A stretch of DNA of 32,000 bases from Dickeya dadantii NCPPB 898 (GCF_000406145.1 NZ_CM001976.1:2132161-2164160); one strand, 5' to 3'; shown: positions 9,899 to 22,442, counted from the first letter of the stretch. Notes: a model not told the origin generated them from the sequence alone. A program made the numbers and translations.

Positions 9899-10425
9899 GT
9901 ATTTTCCCTTTATGGTACGCGCAAGCCGCTCGATTTGGGCGGTATTCGCACTGCAATAATGTGGCTTATGCACGACACCTAGGTTCTTTTTCAGTATGCC
10001 GCATCGGGCTGGGTATACTATTGCCTGCCATATAATATCTATGATTATTTGTTTCTCCGCCGTGAGTTTGCTTCTGATTGTTGCGGGAAGAAAAAAGCAC
10101 GACAAAACAAGGTTACAGTAAAGCAAGGCCAGTCATTCCACGCGAGCGATGAACATAAAACACTGTGCCTCAAAAGGCGTGGAATTTCAGACATACTATC
10201 TCGCTGATTGTGGCGCGTGGTAAGCATGGATATTTTAGAAAGGCGGCTTGGTCACGAGTTATCGGCCGATATTTGGCGGGTAGATTGCAGGGTGTCGATG
10301 ATCAACGCCAGCCGGTGATCGTTTGCGGCTGACGTTAACGCTGGCTGGCGAAAAAATAGCTTCGGTAGAGAGGCGCATTCGGCGCTGATTCAACCGGCGC
10401 CATTCTTCACCGAGGACAGGGGGGG

Positions 10426-11166
10426 TTAGTACACCACTTTGTGACCATAACTGGTCAGAATAGACTTGATGCGGTCCATGGTGTCTGCTTTGGGCGGTTT
10501 GACGCCGTCCAGCTTGTACTCCTCGCCCATAGCCGTCCACTTGTGTTTGCCCAGTTCGTGGTAAGGCAACAGCTCGATTTTTTCAATGTTGTGCATGTCT
10601 TTAGTGAACTCCCCCAACTGGTGAGCGGAAGCGTCGTCATCGCTCCAGCCGGGGACCACCACATAGCGAATCCAGGTTCTCTGGTTACGCTTGGCAAGAT
10701 AACGGGCAAAATCCAGCGTACGGTGATTAGATACCCCGACCAGATTTTGGTGCACCTCATCGTTGAGTTGCTTAAGGTCAAGCATCACCAAATCCGTCAC
10801 GTCCAGCAGTTCGTCAATAACCGGGTCGTAACGGCGGACAAAACCGTTGGTGTCCAGACAGGTATTAATACCTTGCTCGTGACAGGCGCGGAACCAGTCA
10901 CGAACGAATTCTGCCTGCAGAATGGCCTCGCCGCCGGATGCCGTTACGCCGCCGCCGGACGCATTCATAAAATGGCGATAGGTCACCACTTCCTTCATCA
11001 ATTCTTCTACGGTAACTTCCTTGCCGCCATGGGTATCCCAGGTGTCGCGGTTGTGGCAGTAGAGGCAACGCATCAGGCAACCCTGAAAAAAAGTGATAAA
11101 GCGAATACCGGGACCGTCTACGGTACCGCAGGATTCGAAAGAGTGAATGCGACCAATAACTGACAT
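10426..11166 (-). CDS. pflA: Pyruvate formate-lyase 1 activating enzyme (radical SAM)
   Basis: [41 protein letters not shown] contains the CxxxCxxC cluster. The 246-aa protein is collinear with E. coli PflA. The ORF-track 5' extension to 11427 is read-through of intergenic sequence. Confidence 0.96.
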   Translation of the reverse strand: MSVIGRIHSFESCGTVDGPGIRFITFFQGCLMRCLYCHNRDTWDTHGGKEVTVEELMKEVVTYRHFMNASGGGVTASGGEAILQAEFVRDWFRACHEQGINTCLDTNGFVRRYDPVIDELLDVTDLVMLDLKQLNDEVHQNLVGVSNHRTLDFARYLAKRNQRTWIRYVVVPGWSDDDASAHQLGEFTKDMHNIEKIELLPYHELGKHKWTAMGEEYKLDGVKPPKADTMDRIKSILTSYGHKVVY

Positions 11167-11264
11167 GCAAGGTTTCTCCAGGTTGGGCCGAGAAATAGCG
11201 GCCTTCGTGAGCGCAGTAGCGGAGCTGCGGCGCGGACGGCCACAGCATTCGCTCTGCGTCGAAT

Positions 11265-11314
11265 CTGTTTTGTCAGCCCGCCAGCCGGGATTCGGTAGCC
11301 GGCTGACAAAACAG
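11265..11314. repeat. 50-nt palindromic element: 14-bp outer stem CTGTTTTGTCAGCC/GGCTGACAAAACAG with a competing inner 7-bp stem CAGCCGG/CCGGCTG
   Basis: Read directly from the sequence in the pflB-pflA spacer. Confidence 0.5.
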
Positions 11315-11342
11315 GTTCTGATTATTCCGGCGGGAGTGGTGA

Positions 11343-11365
11343 AAAAATTTCCGGGAGAAATTTTT
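11343..11365. repeat. 9-bp AT-rich inverted repeat AAAAATTTC-N5-GAAATTTTT
   Basis: Read directly from the sequence in the pflB-pflA spacer. Confidence 0.5.
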
Positions 11366-11412
11366 AACGCCGCTTGCGGCGGCCCACAAGGGAGACGGGC
11401 AGGATACCCGCT

Positions 11413-11443
11413 ATAAAAAGGCCCCACCGATGTGGAGCCTTTA
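11413..11443 (-). terminator. Rho-independent terminator of pflB
   Basis: The minus strand reads AGGCTCCAC-ATCG-GTGGGGCCT (9-bp stem, 1 mismatch) followed by TTTTTAT, about 30 nt after the pflB stop. Confidence 0.75.
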
Positions 11444-11471
11444 GTTTACGCCTTTTCAGACAGACATGTAA

Positions 11472-13754
<2,283 letters not shown>

Positions 13755-13810
13755 ATTACACCTACCTTTGATTTGGATTTTTATAACCCGACGTTGCGGC
13801 CGACAGCAGC

Positions 13811-14668
13811 TTAGTGCTGATCTCCACCGCGCAAATAGATGACCCAGTAAGTCAACCCTACCAGCAATCCACCGCCAATGATGTTGCCGATCGTGACAGG
13901 AATCAGGTTATCGACAATAAAGTTGCTGACGGTTAAGTGCTCAAACTGGCCCGGCGTCATGCTGACAGCATGCCAGAATGCATCCGGAGCGAAGTCCTTA
14001 ATTATAATTCCCATTGGAATCATGAACATGTTGGCGATACTGTGCTCGAAGCCGCTGGCGACGAACATAGCGACCGGGAGGATCATGGCCAGCATTTTGT
14101 CAGTCAGAGTATGACCAGAGTAGCTCATCCAGACCGCCAGACAGACCATCAGGTTCGCCAGTATCCCGAGGCACAACGCTTCAACAAACGTATGCTCCAG
14201 CTTGTGGTTAGCCGTTTGCAGTACATTCAGCCCCCAGGCCCCATTCGCCACCATGTATTCACCGGAAAACCAGATCAGCGCCACAAAAAATAAGGCTCCG
14301 ATCAGATTGCCGAAATAAACGTTGAGCCAGTTTAACCCTAACTGTTTCCAGGTAATACGGCCGCTGGCCTTGGCAATCACGGTAAGCACGGTAGAGGTAA
14401 ACAGATCTGCGCCGCAGACAACCACCAGCATCAACCCCATAGAGAAGCAGATGCCTCCTACCAGTTTAGCCATACCATACGGCATGGATGAAGAACCTGT
14501 GGTGGCGGTGATATAAAAAACGAATGCAGCTGAGATGAACACGCCGGCGGTGATCGCCAGAAAAAACGCAGTAAGCGGTTGTTTTGTTGCTTTATAGACA
14601 CCGGCATCTTCAGCGACTTTCGCCATCGCCGGCGGTAATAACAGGGTGAAGGGGTTGTCAGCTTTCAC
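13811..14668 (-). CDS. focA: Formate channel FocA (FNT family)
   Basis: 285-aa polytopic membrane ORF (MKADNPF...) with a GTG start, as in E. coli. It lies immediately upstream of pflB. Confidence 0.95.
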   Translation of the reverse strand: MKADNPFTLLLPPAMAKVAEDAGVYKATKQPLTAFFLAITAGVFISAAFVFYITATTGSSSMPYGMAKLVGGICFSMGLMLVVVCGADLFTSTVLTVIAKASGRITWKQLGLNWLNVYFGNLIGALFFVALIWFSGEYMVANGAWGLNVLQTANHKLEHTFVEALCLGILANLMVCLAVWMSYSGHTLTDKMLAMILPVAMFVASGFEHSIANMFMIPMGIIIKDFAPDAFWHAVSMTPGQFEHLTVSNFIVDNLIPVTIGNIIGGGLLVGLTYWVIYLRGGDQH

Positions 14669-14701
14669 ACTAACTCTCTCTTAAAATTTATCTACGGTGA
14701 G

Positions 14702-14743
14702 ATACTAACAAAGGGTTATTCGGCATAATTTGACGTGGATCAT
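14702..14743 (-). promoter_or_regulatory. Class-II FNR-dependent promoter (proximal)
   Basis: TTGAC-GTGG-ATCAT at 14730-14743 matches the FNR consensus TTGAT-N4-ATCAA at 8 of 10 positions. The minus-strand -10 TAGTAT at 14702-14707 is centred 32 bp from the FNR centre, the geometry expected for a -41.5 site. Confidence 0.6.
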
Positions 14744-14777
14744 ACCGCTGGAATTTATTAGGCTGATCAGGAGCGGG

Positions 14778-14818
14778 TTTATAGGGTGTTTTTGATTTAA
14801 ATTTTTGATTTATATTAA
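14778..14818 (-). promoter_or_regulatory. Class-II FNR-dependent promoter (distal)
   Basis: TTGAT-TTAT-ATTAA at 14805-14818 matches the FNR consensus at 9 of 10 positions. The minus-strand -10 TATAAA at 14778-14783 is centred 31 bp from the FNR centre. Confidence 0.55.
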
Positions 14819-15117
14819 AAAATATTTTTTAAAAATTACAAAAACAGTTGAATTGAGGGGCGAGATTTACCTATTTAGCGTTAAATAAAATAAGTTTTTG
14901 TAGTGATTCTATACGTGAGTTTTATATTATTTAATTTGCCATTTACTATTTGGTAACAATGAGGCTTTTATAAAAATATATATTACGTAGCGATACCCTA
15001 TATCCATATAAAAATAAGGGAATTGGCGAGGCTTCGAATAACATCAATCTGGCTGTTTAATGGTAATGCTGTGAAAAAACAGATAGGGAATGCAGCCTTT
15101 GCCTGGGCGGCAGGACT

Positions 15118-15144
15118 GACCGGATGACGAAAGATCATCCGGTC
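15118..15144 (-). terminator. Stem-loop downstream of ycaO (possible terminator or RNA-stability element, no U-tract)
   Basis: GACCGGATGA-N7-TCATCCGGTC is a perfect 10-bp stem, 16 nt after the ycaO stop. No T-run follows on either strand, so terminator function is uncertain. Confidence 0.35.
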
Positions 15145-15159
15145 GTCTACAGTTCAGGC

Positions 15160-16923
15160 TTATTTTACCTGCCAGTGCTGGCGCTTAGCGCGTTGCAATT
15201 TCTCATAAGCAGCCAGCAACGACTGGTGGGCCGGCAGTGCTTTCAGGTCGGCATCGATGGTGAACAGGCCGTAAAAGCACTGCTCGCCGGCAATGGCGGC
15301 GCTTGCTGCGCCGACGGCGTCCTGCCCGTACATGCGTACGAACGCATCGTAGTACTGGGCGGGATCGCGTTCCGGCTCCAGTGCCAGTTGCAGCAGCGTT
15401 TGCAGACAACGGTAATAATTGCTGCGCGCCGGCGCAAAGACCGACTGATTGAAATCCAGTGACCATTCCGCCCAGCTCAATGCCTGCTCCAGGTCTCCGC
15501 CTGCCAGGGCCAGCATGGATTTCAGTTCGCCAACACGCAGTGTGAACCAGCCGTTGTCTTTGCCGGTCGCTATTCCTAACAGTTCGCGTACGCGGGTAAA
15601 GTCATCCAGTCCTTCGTCGTCCAGTTGTTGCAACAGGGCCAGATAATCCGCTTTTTCCCATTGGCTGTCTGGCAAGGACAGCAGGGTTTCGCGCAGATGC
15701 GCACCCATGCTGTTATTCGCCAGCAACAGGTCTTCCGCCGGGTAGATGTCCGACATACCCGGAACCAGAATACGGCAGGCGTAAACCGACAGATGTTCGT
15801 AATCCGCGATATATACCTCTTTGTCTTCTTTATTGAAGATCGCCATCAGCGTTGCGAACTCCTGCTCGGTGGTGCCGCTGAAGTTCCAGTCGGCGAACGC
15901 ATAGTCTGCCTGATTTTTAAACAGATCCCAGGAAATCAGACCGCTGGAATCGATAAAGTGAGTTTCCAGATTGGTGTGCTCCGCCACTTCCTCATCATCG
16001 AAGGTTGGCGGCGTAAACACGTCCAGGTCTTTCAGCCCCCGGCCTTGCAGTAATTCGGTGACGGTTCGCTCCAGCGCCACACCGAAATCCGGATGGGCGC
16101 CAAACGAGGCAAAGCAGGTGCCATTGGCCGGGTTGAACAGCACAACGCAGATCACCGGGTACTGGCCGCCGAGAGAGGCGTCGTAGGCGAAAATCGGGAA
16201 ACCTTCCTGCTCAAGCGTGGCAATGGCTTCCACCACGCCTGGATAACGTGACAGCACCTCGGCCGGAATCGCCGGCAGGCTAATCGCTTCGGCGATAATA
16301 CGATTCTTCACATAACGTTCGAATACTTCAGACAAGCCCTGAACCCGCGCTTCATTACGGGTATTGCCGGCGGACATGCCGTTCGACACATACAGGTTGC
16401 CGACGATGTTCATCGGGATATAAACCGTCTGCTGGTCGGACTGACGGGTAAACGGCAGGGCGCAGATACCGCGGTGGTGATTGCCTGATTGCAGGTCCAC
16501 CAGATCGCTGGCGATCAACTGCTGCTCCGGGTCATAAAAGGCGTGCAGACGTGCATCCAGAATGCCTTCCGGCAGGCTGTCGTCCTCGGGAAGCGGGAAC
16601 CACTTCTCGTCAGGGTAATGCACGAAGTCACCTTCAGCGATCTGCTGGCCCAGATAGAAATCGGCAAAAAAGTAGTTGGTGGACAGACGTTCGAAGTACT
16701 CGCCCAGCGCGGAAGCCAGCGCGGCTTTCCGGGTCGCGCCCTTGCCATTGGTGAAGCACAGAGCGCAGTCGCGGTCACGAATATGTACCGACCAGACGTT
16801 GGGCACCGGATTCAGCCAGGAGGCTTCTTCGATGTTGAACCCCAGGTTGAGGAGCTGCTGTTGAAAACGGGCGATGGAATCTTCCAGGGCGGCGTCTTTG
16901 CCTGGGATAAACGTTTGGGTCAT
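15160..16923 (-). CDS. ycaO: YcaO-domain protein (standalone E. coli-type YcaO)
   Basis: MTQTFIPGKDAALEDSIARFQQ... is collinear with E. coli YcaO (587 aa here). The homology-supported start is 16923; the ORF track continues to 17094. Confidence 0.95.
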   Translation of the reverse strand: MTQTFIPGKDAALEDSIARFQQQLLNLGFNIEEASWLNPVPNVWSVHIRDRDCALCFTNGKGATRKAALASALGEYFERLSTNYFFADFYLGQQIAEGDFVHYPDEKWFPLPEDDSLPEGILDARLHAFYDPEQQLIASDLVDLQSGNHHRGICALPFTRQSDQQTVYIPMNIVGNLYVSNGMSAGNTRNEARVQGLSEVFERYVKNRIIAEAISLPAIPAEVLSRYPGVVEAIATLEQEGFPIFAYDASLGGQYPVICVVLFNPANGTCFASFGAHPDFGVALERTVTELLQGRGLKDLDVFTPPTFDDEEVAEHTNLETHFIDSSGLISWDLFKNQADYAFADWNFSGTTEQEFATLMAIFNKEDKEVYIADYEHLSVYACRILVPGMSDIYPAEDLLLANNSMGAHLRETLLSLPDSQWEKADYLALLQQLDDEGLDDFTRVRELLGIATGKDNGWFTLRVGELKSMLALAGGDLEQALSWAEWSLDFNQSVFAPARSNYYRCLQTLLQLALEPERDPAQYYDAFVRMYGQDAVGAASAAIAGEQCFYGLFTIDADLKALPAHQSLLAAYEKLQRAKRQHWQVK

Positions 16924-17189
16924 GGTTCGAACCTGAATGTGTGATGAGAAGGCTGCATCATACGTGGTTTTGTGTGCTGACTCTATCCTGCATGTTGCGT
17001 ATTGCGCGGCGCGTTCCGACGACGATGTAACAGATGTATCGCCGGGGACGATAACAGGCGAACCAGTGCGCAAGTTTTCGGACATCAGGGGCAATAAGCG
17101 TTGCAGGCAGGAAAAACGAGTGATAAAACCGATAGCAGGGTAAACTGATGCGACTTAGACAGGTCGCTATTTATAGGTGGTGAGGGGAA

Positions 17190-18275
<1,086 letters not shown>

Positions 18276-18309
18276 TAAATATAGCGCGATAACGTGCTGC
18301 TTCTGATTT

Positions 18310-18338
18310 TAAACCCCGGTTATCTGGCCGGGGTTTTT
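18310..18338 (+). terminator. Intra-operon terminator/attenuator-like hairpin between serC and aroA
   Basis: AAAACCCCGG-N8-CCGGGGTTTT is followed by more T residues. A terminator-like structure between serC and aroA was described for the E. coli serC-aroA operon. Confidence 0.65.
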
Positions 18339-18366
18339 GTGTTAACTCTTGGAGAACATGTTTCAC

Positions 18367-19656
18367 ATGCAGGAATCCCTGACCCTACAACCGATTTCAT
18401 TGATTAACGGCACGATCAATCTGCCGGGTTCCAAAAGTGTTTCCAACCGTGCGTTGTTGCTGGCGGCATTGGCAAGAGGCACCACTCGCCTGACCAACCT
18501 GCTGGACAGCGACGATGTCCGTCATATGCTCAATGCGCTGAGCGCGCTGGGTGTTGAATATCGCCTGTCGGACAGCCGCACAGAGTGCGAAATCGTCGGG
18601 GTGGGGGGCGCATTAACGGCGTCTACGCCGTTGGAACTGTTTTTAGGGAATGCCGGGACGGCGATGCGCCCGCTGGCCGCCGCGCTGTGCCTGACTGATG
18701 GCGATATCGTGTTGACCGGCGAACCGCGTATGAAAGAACGTCCGATTGGTCACCTGGTGGATGCGTTGCGGCAGGGGGGCGCGCGTATCGACTATCTGGA
18801 GCAGGAAAATTATCCGCCGTTGCGCCTGCAAGGGGGCTTTATAGGTGGAGATATCAGTGTAGATGGTTCGGTATCCAGCCAGTTTCTCACTGCGCTGCTA
18901 ATGACGGCGCCGCTGGCTGTGCAGGATACGCGCATCAGCATTAAAGGCGATCTGGTTTCCAAACCTTATATCGACATCACCCTGCATATGATGGAAACCT
19001 TCGGCATCACGGTGATCAATAACGATTACCAGACTTTCGTGGTCGCCGGTAATCAGCATTATCAGTCGCCTGGGCACTATCTGGTGGAGGGCGACGCCTC
19101 GTCCGCATCTTATTTTCTGGCGGCAGCGGCTATTCGGGGGGGAACGGTACGTGTGACCGGCGTCGGCCGTCATAGCGTGCAGGGCGATATCCGTTTCGCC
19201 GACGTGCTGGAGAAAATGGGCGCGGAGATCCGCTGGGGTGACGACTATATCGAATGTCAGCGCGGTAATCTCCACGCCATCGATATGGACATGAACCATA
19301 TCCCCGACGCGGCAATGACCATCGCCACTGCCGCGCTGTTTGCCGAGGGTGGGACGACGACGCTGCGTAACATCTATAACTGGCGCGTGAAAGAAACCGA
19401 TCGTCTGGCAGCTATGGCGACGGAACTGCGCAAGGTCGGCGCCGAGGTGGAAGAAGGGCATGATTACATCCGCATTACGCCGCCAACGCAGCTGAAAGCC
19501 GCTGAAATCGGCACTTACAATGACCACCGTATGGCGATGTGCTTCTCGCTGGTGGCGTTGTCTGACACGCCGGTCACCATTCTCGACCCTAAATGTACCG
19601 CCAAAACGTTCCCGGATTACTTCCTGCAACTGGAGCGTCTGAGTCAGCACGGCTGA
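18367..19656 (+). CDS. aroA: 3-phosphoshikimate 1-carboxyvinyltransferase (EPSP synthase)
   Basis: [10 protein letters not shown]...[17 protein letters not shown]...[13 protein letters not shown] is collinear with E. coli AroA. The start at 18367 is chosen by homology; in-frame ATGs also occur at 18349 and 18358. Confidence 0.96.
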   Translation: MQESLTLQPISLINGTINLPGSKSVSNRALLLAALARGTTRLTNLLDSDDVRHMLNALSALGVEYRLSDSRTECEIVGVGGALTASTPLELFLGNAGTAMRPLAAALCLTDGDIVLTGEPRMKERPIGHLVDALRQGGARIDYLEQENYPPLRLQGGFIGGDISVDGSVSSQFLTALLMTAPLAVQDTRISIKGDLVSKPYIDITLHMMETFGITVINNDYQTFVVAGNQHYQSPGHYLVEGDASSASYFLAAAAIRGGTVRVTGVGRHSVQGDIRFADVLEKMGAEIRWGDDYIECQRGNLHAIDMDMNHIPDAAMTIATAALFAEGGTTTLRNIYNWRVKETDRLAAMATELRKVGAEVEEGHDYIRITPPTQLKAAEIGTYNDHRMAMCFSLVALSDTPVTILDPKCTAKTFPDYFLQLERLSQHG

Positions 19657-19796
19657 TTTTTGATACGGCTAATGTTCTGACTCTGTTGATGTTCTGACGC
19701 GCAGGTCCGCGATATGGCTCTGTGCGTCAACATTTAGCGTTATACTCTGAGTATCACAATATTTGCCCGATCTTCTTGCAGTAATAAGTCTTTAAT

Positions 19797-19826
19797 TTCA
19801 CGCTTGCTGCCACGGCGGGGTATAAT
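19797..19826 (+). promoter_or_regulatory. Candidate sigma70 promoter upstream of cmk
   Basis: A perfect -10 TATAAT lies at 19821-19826, with TTCACG 18 bp upstream. It is about 58 bp before the cmk ATG. This is a sequence pattern only. Confidence 0.35.
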
Positions 19827-19883
19827 GACTTATTGTATTGTCTGCAATGACATGCGATTTCCCTGTTTGGTAAGGAGTAAGAG

Positions 19884-20570
19884 ATGGCGGTGACTGCACC
19901 GGTAATTACGGTTGACGGGCCAGGAGGTGCGGGCAAGGGAACCCTGTGCAAGGCGCTGGCTAACGCGCTGCAGTGGAATCTGTTGGATTCAGGCGCGATT
20001 TATCGTGTGCTGGCGTTGGCAGCATTGCATCATCAGGTGGATATTGCCTCCGAAGAGGCGCTGGTGCCGATAGCGTCGCATCTGGATGTGCGGTTTGTGC
20101 CGGAAAACGGGCAACTGAAAGTTATCCTGGAAGGCGAAGATGTCAGCAATGAGATTCGTACTCAGGAAGTGGGCAATACGGCGTCTCAGGCGGCCGTATT
20201 TCCGCGGGTGCGTGAGGCGCTGTTGCGTCGTCAGCGAGCGTTTCGCGAAATGCCGGGGCTGATTGCCGATGGCCGCGATATGGGAACGGTGGTGTTCCCT
20301 GACGCGCCAGTGAAAATTTTCCTGGATGCCAGTGCGGAAGAACGCGCTAAACGTCGCATGCTCCAGTTGCAGGCGAAAGGCTTTAATGTTAACTTTGAAC
20401 GTCTTTTGTCCGAGATTAAAGAGCGTGACGAGCGTGACCGCAATCGACCGGTTGCGCCGCTGGTGCCGGCACCGGAAGCACTGGTGTTGGATTCCACGCA
20501 TATGACACTGGACGAAGTGGTCGGGCAGGCGTTGGCGTATGTGCGCCAGATATTGCCTCAACTGGCCTGA
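19884..20570 (+). CDS. cmk: (d)CMP kinase
   Basis: 228-aa ORF beginning [26 protein letters not shown] (P-loop). It is collinear with E. coli Cmk and has a strong RBS (TAAGGAG). Confidence 0.96.
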   Translation: MAVTAPVITVDGPGGAGKGTLCKALANALQWNLLDSGAIYRVLALAALHHQVDIASEEALVPIASHLDVRFVPENGQLKVILEGEDVSNEIRTQEVGNTASQAAVFPRVREALLRRQRAFREMPGLIADGRDMGTVVFPDAPVKIFLDASAEERAKRRMLQLQAKGFNVNFERLLSEIKERDERDRNRPVAPLVPAPEALVLDSTHMTLDEVVGQALAYVRQILPQLA

Positions 20571-20675
20571 TACTGTTTTTTTACCTCGCCGCAAGGATGT
20601 GGCGGGGATGTGAAACAACCCCATCGAGCAGGAAGCCAGATGGACGTTAAATTTAAAAACCCAAAGATTATCAAC
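20571..20675 (+). promoter_or_regulatory. rpsA 5' leader / translation-initiation region lacking a canonical Shine-Dalgarno sequence
   Basis: The sequence upstream of the rpsA ATG is AU-rich (TTAAATTTAAAAACCCAAAGATTATCAAC-ATG) with no GGAGG-like element. This is consistent with the atypical, autoregulated rpsA leader known from E. coli. Confidence 0.4.
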
Positions 20676-22349
20676 ATGACTGAATCTTTTGCTCAACTCT
20701 TTGAAGAATCCCTGAAAGAAATTGAAACCCGCCCGGGTTCCATCGTTCGTGGCGTTGTGGTTGCTATTGACAAGGACGTTGTCCTGGTTGATGCCGGCCT
20801 GAAATCTGAATCTGCCATTCCGGTAGAGCAGTTCAAAAACGCGCAGGGTGAAATTGAAATCCAGGTTGGTGATGAAGTAGACGTAGCTCTGGATGCGGTA
20901 GAAGACGGCTTCGGCGAAACTCTGCTGTCCCGTGAAAAAGCTAAACGTCACGAAGCATGGCTGATGCTGGAAAAAGCTTACGAAGAATCCGCCACTGTTA
21001 CCGGTGTTATCAACGGTAAAGTGAAAGGCGGTTTCACCGTTGAGCTGAACGGTATCCGTGCATTCCTGCCGGGTTCTCTGGTTGATGTCCGTCCGGTACG
21101 TGACACCCTGCATCTGGAAGGCAAAGAGCTTGAGTTCAAAGTGATCAAGCTGGACCAGAAACGCAACAACGTTGTTGTTTCCCGTCGTGCCGTTATCGAG
21201 TCTGAAAACAGCGCCGAGCGCGATCAGCTGCTGGAAAACCTGCAGGAAGGCATGGAAGTCAAAGGTATCGTCAAGAACCTCACTGACTACGGTGCATTCG
21301 TCGATCTGGGCGGCGTTGACGGCCTGCTGCACATCACCGACATGGCCTGGAAACGCGTTAAGCATCCGAGCGAAATCGTCAATGTGGGCGACGAAATCAC
21401 TGTTAAAGTGCTGAAGTTCGACCGCGAGCGTACCCGTGTATCCCTGGGCCTGAAACAGCTGGGCGAAGATCCGTGGGTTGCTATCGCTAAACGCTATCCG
21501 GAAGGCACCAAGCTGACTGGTCGCGTAACCAACCTGACTGATTACGGCTGCTTCGTAGAAATCGAAGAAGGCGTTGAAGGTCTGGTACACGTATCTGAAA
21601 TGGACTGGACCAACAAGAACATCCATCCGTCCAAAGTGGTTAACGTGGGCGACGTGGTGGAAGTTATGGTTCTGGACATCGACGAAGAACGTCGTCGTAT
21701 CTCCCTGGGCCTGAAACAGTGCAAAGCCAATCCGTGGCAGCAGTTCGCTGAAACCCACAACAAGGGTGACCGCGTAGAAGGCAAGATCAAGTCCATCACT
21801 GACTTCGGTATCTTCATCGGTCTGGATGGCGGCATCGATGGTCTGGTGCACCTGTCTGACATCTCCTGGAACGTAGCTGGCGAAGAAGCCGTTCGCGAAT
21901 ATAAGAAAGGCGACGAAATCGCTGCTGTGGTTCTGCAGGTTGATGCCGAGCGTGAGCGTATCTCCCTGGGCGTGAAACAGCTGGCTGAAGACCCGTTCAA
22001 CAACTACCTGTCTGTTAACAAGAAAGGTGCAATTGTTACAGGTAAAGTCACCGCGGTTGACGCCAAAGGTGCTACAGTTGAATTAGCTGACGGTGTTGAA
22101 GGTTACCTGCGCGCTTCTGAAGCTTCCCGTGACCGCATCGAAGACGCAACGCTGGTTATGAGCGTGGGTGATGAGATCGAAGCCAAATACACTGGCGTTG
22201 ATCGCAAAAACCGCGTTGTCAGCCTGTCCATCCGTGCCAAGGATGAAGCTGACGAGAAAGATGCTATCGCTTCTGTTAACAACAAACAGGAAGAAGGCAA
22301 TTTCTCTAACGCCATGGCGGAAGCTTTCAAAGCTGCAAAAGGCGAGTAA
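20676..22349 (+). CDS. rpsA: 30S ribosomal protein S1
   Basis: [26 protein letters not shown]... gives a 557-aa protein with six S1 repeats, collinear with E. coli S1. The ORF-track start at 20610 is an upstream extension. Confidence 0.98.
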   Translation: MTESFAQLFEESLKEIETRPGSIVRGVVVAIDKDVVLVDAGLKSESAIPVEQFKNAQGEIEIQVGDEVDVALDAVEDGFGETLLSREKAKRHEAWLMLEKAYEESATVTGVINGKVKGGFTVELNGIRAFLPGSLVDVRPVRDTLHLEGKELEFKVIKLDQKRNNVVVSRRAVIESENSAERDQLLENLQEGMEVKGIVKNLTDYGAFVDLGGVDGLLHITDMAWKRVKHPSEIVNVGDEITVKVLKFDRERTRVSLGLKQLGEDPWVAIAKRYPEGTKLTGRVTNLTDYGCFVEIEEGVEGLVHVSEMDWTNKNIHPSKVVNVGDVVEVMVLDIDEERRRISLGLKQCKANPWQQFAETHNKGDRVEGKIKSITDFGIFIGLDGGIDGLVHLSDISWNVAGEEAVREYKKGDEIAAVVLQVDAERERISLGVKQLAEDPFNNYLSVNKKGAIVTGKVTAVDAKGATVELADGVEGYLRASEASRDRIEDATLVMSVGDEIEAKYTGVDRKNRVVSLSIRAKDEADEKDAIASVNNKQEEGNFSNAMAEAFKAAKGE

Positions 22350-22442
22350 TGATGGTGGGTTGGGCGGCGGCGATGCTTGCCGCTCGGCCTCAAACGGTAG
22401 TAAGTTAACGTGGCATTAACTAACCACATGCTTGGAGGAATC

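Larger units (their letters stand above)
14669..15117 (-). promoter_or_regulatory. AT-rich focA-pflB upstream regulatory region
   Basis: About 450 bp of very AT-rich non-coding DNA lies upstream of focA. In E. coli this region carries multiple FNR-, ArcA- and IHF-dependent promoters. The focA-proximal segment (minus strand CTTTGTTAGTATCTC...AGAGAGAGTTAGTGTGAAAGCTGAC) matches my recollection of the E. coli sequence. Confidence 0.65.

Noticed and set aside
10031-10036. A perfect TATAAT as a promoter for the 26-codon ORF
   Set aside because: No acceptable -35 element or extended -10 (TG) lies upstream. The hexamer is only 4 nt from the ATG, which is closer than the usual spacing of a -10 element from the transcription start. 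It is kept only as a note within the small-ORF finding.
10307-10351. The hairpin CGCCAGCC...GGCTGGCG next to an A6/T6 run, considered as the pflA terminator
   Set aside because: On the minus (pflA) strand the T-run precedes the hairpin rather than following it, and on the plus strand the hairpin is followed by A residues. Neither orientation forms a canonical intrinsic terminator.
16924-17094. A 57-codon 5' extension of the ycaO ORF, with similar extensions for pflA (11167-11427), rpsA (20610-20675), ihfB (22410-22442), ycaD (7685-7726), the MBL gene (6597-6641) and aroA (18349-18366)
   Set aside because: Homology to the E. coli proteins begins at the internal Met in every case, and an RBS precedes it where one is visible. 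The extensions are stop-free intergenic read-through in the ORF track.
19989-21851. A 620-aa minus-strand ORF antisense to cmk and most of rpsA
   Set aside because: Its composition is low-complexity and repetitive (runs of F, Q, H, N, V) with no motifs. The plus strand encodes unmistakable Cmk and ribosomal protein S1. Long stop-free antisense frames are a known artefact of strong codon bias in highly expressed genes.
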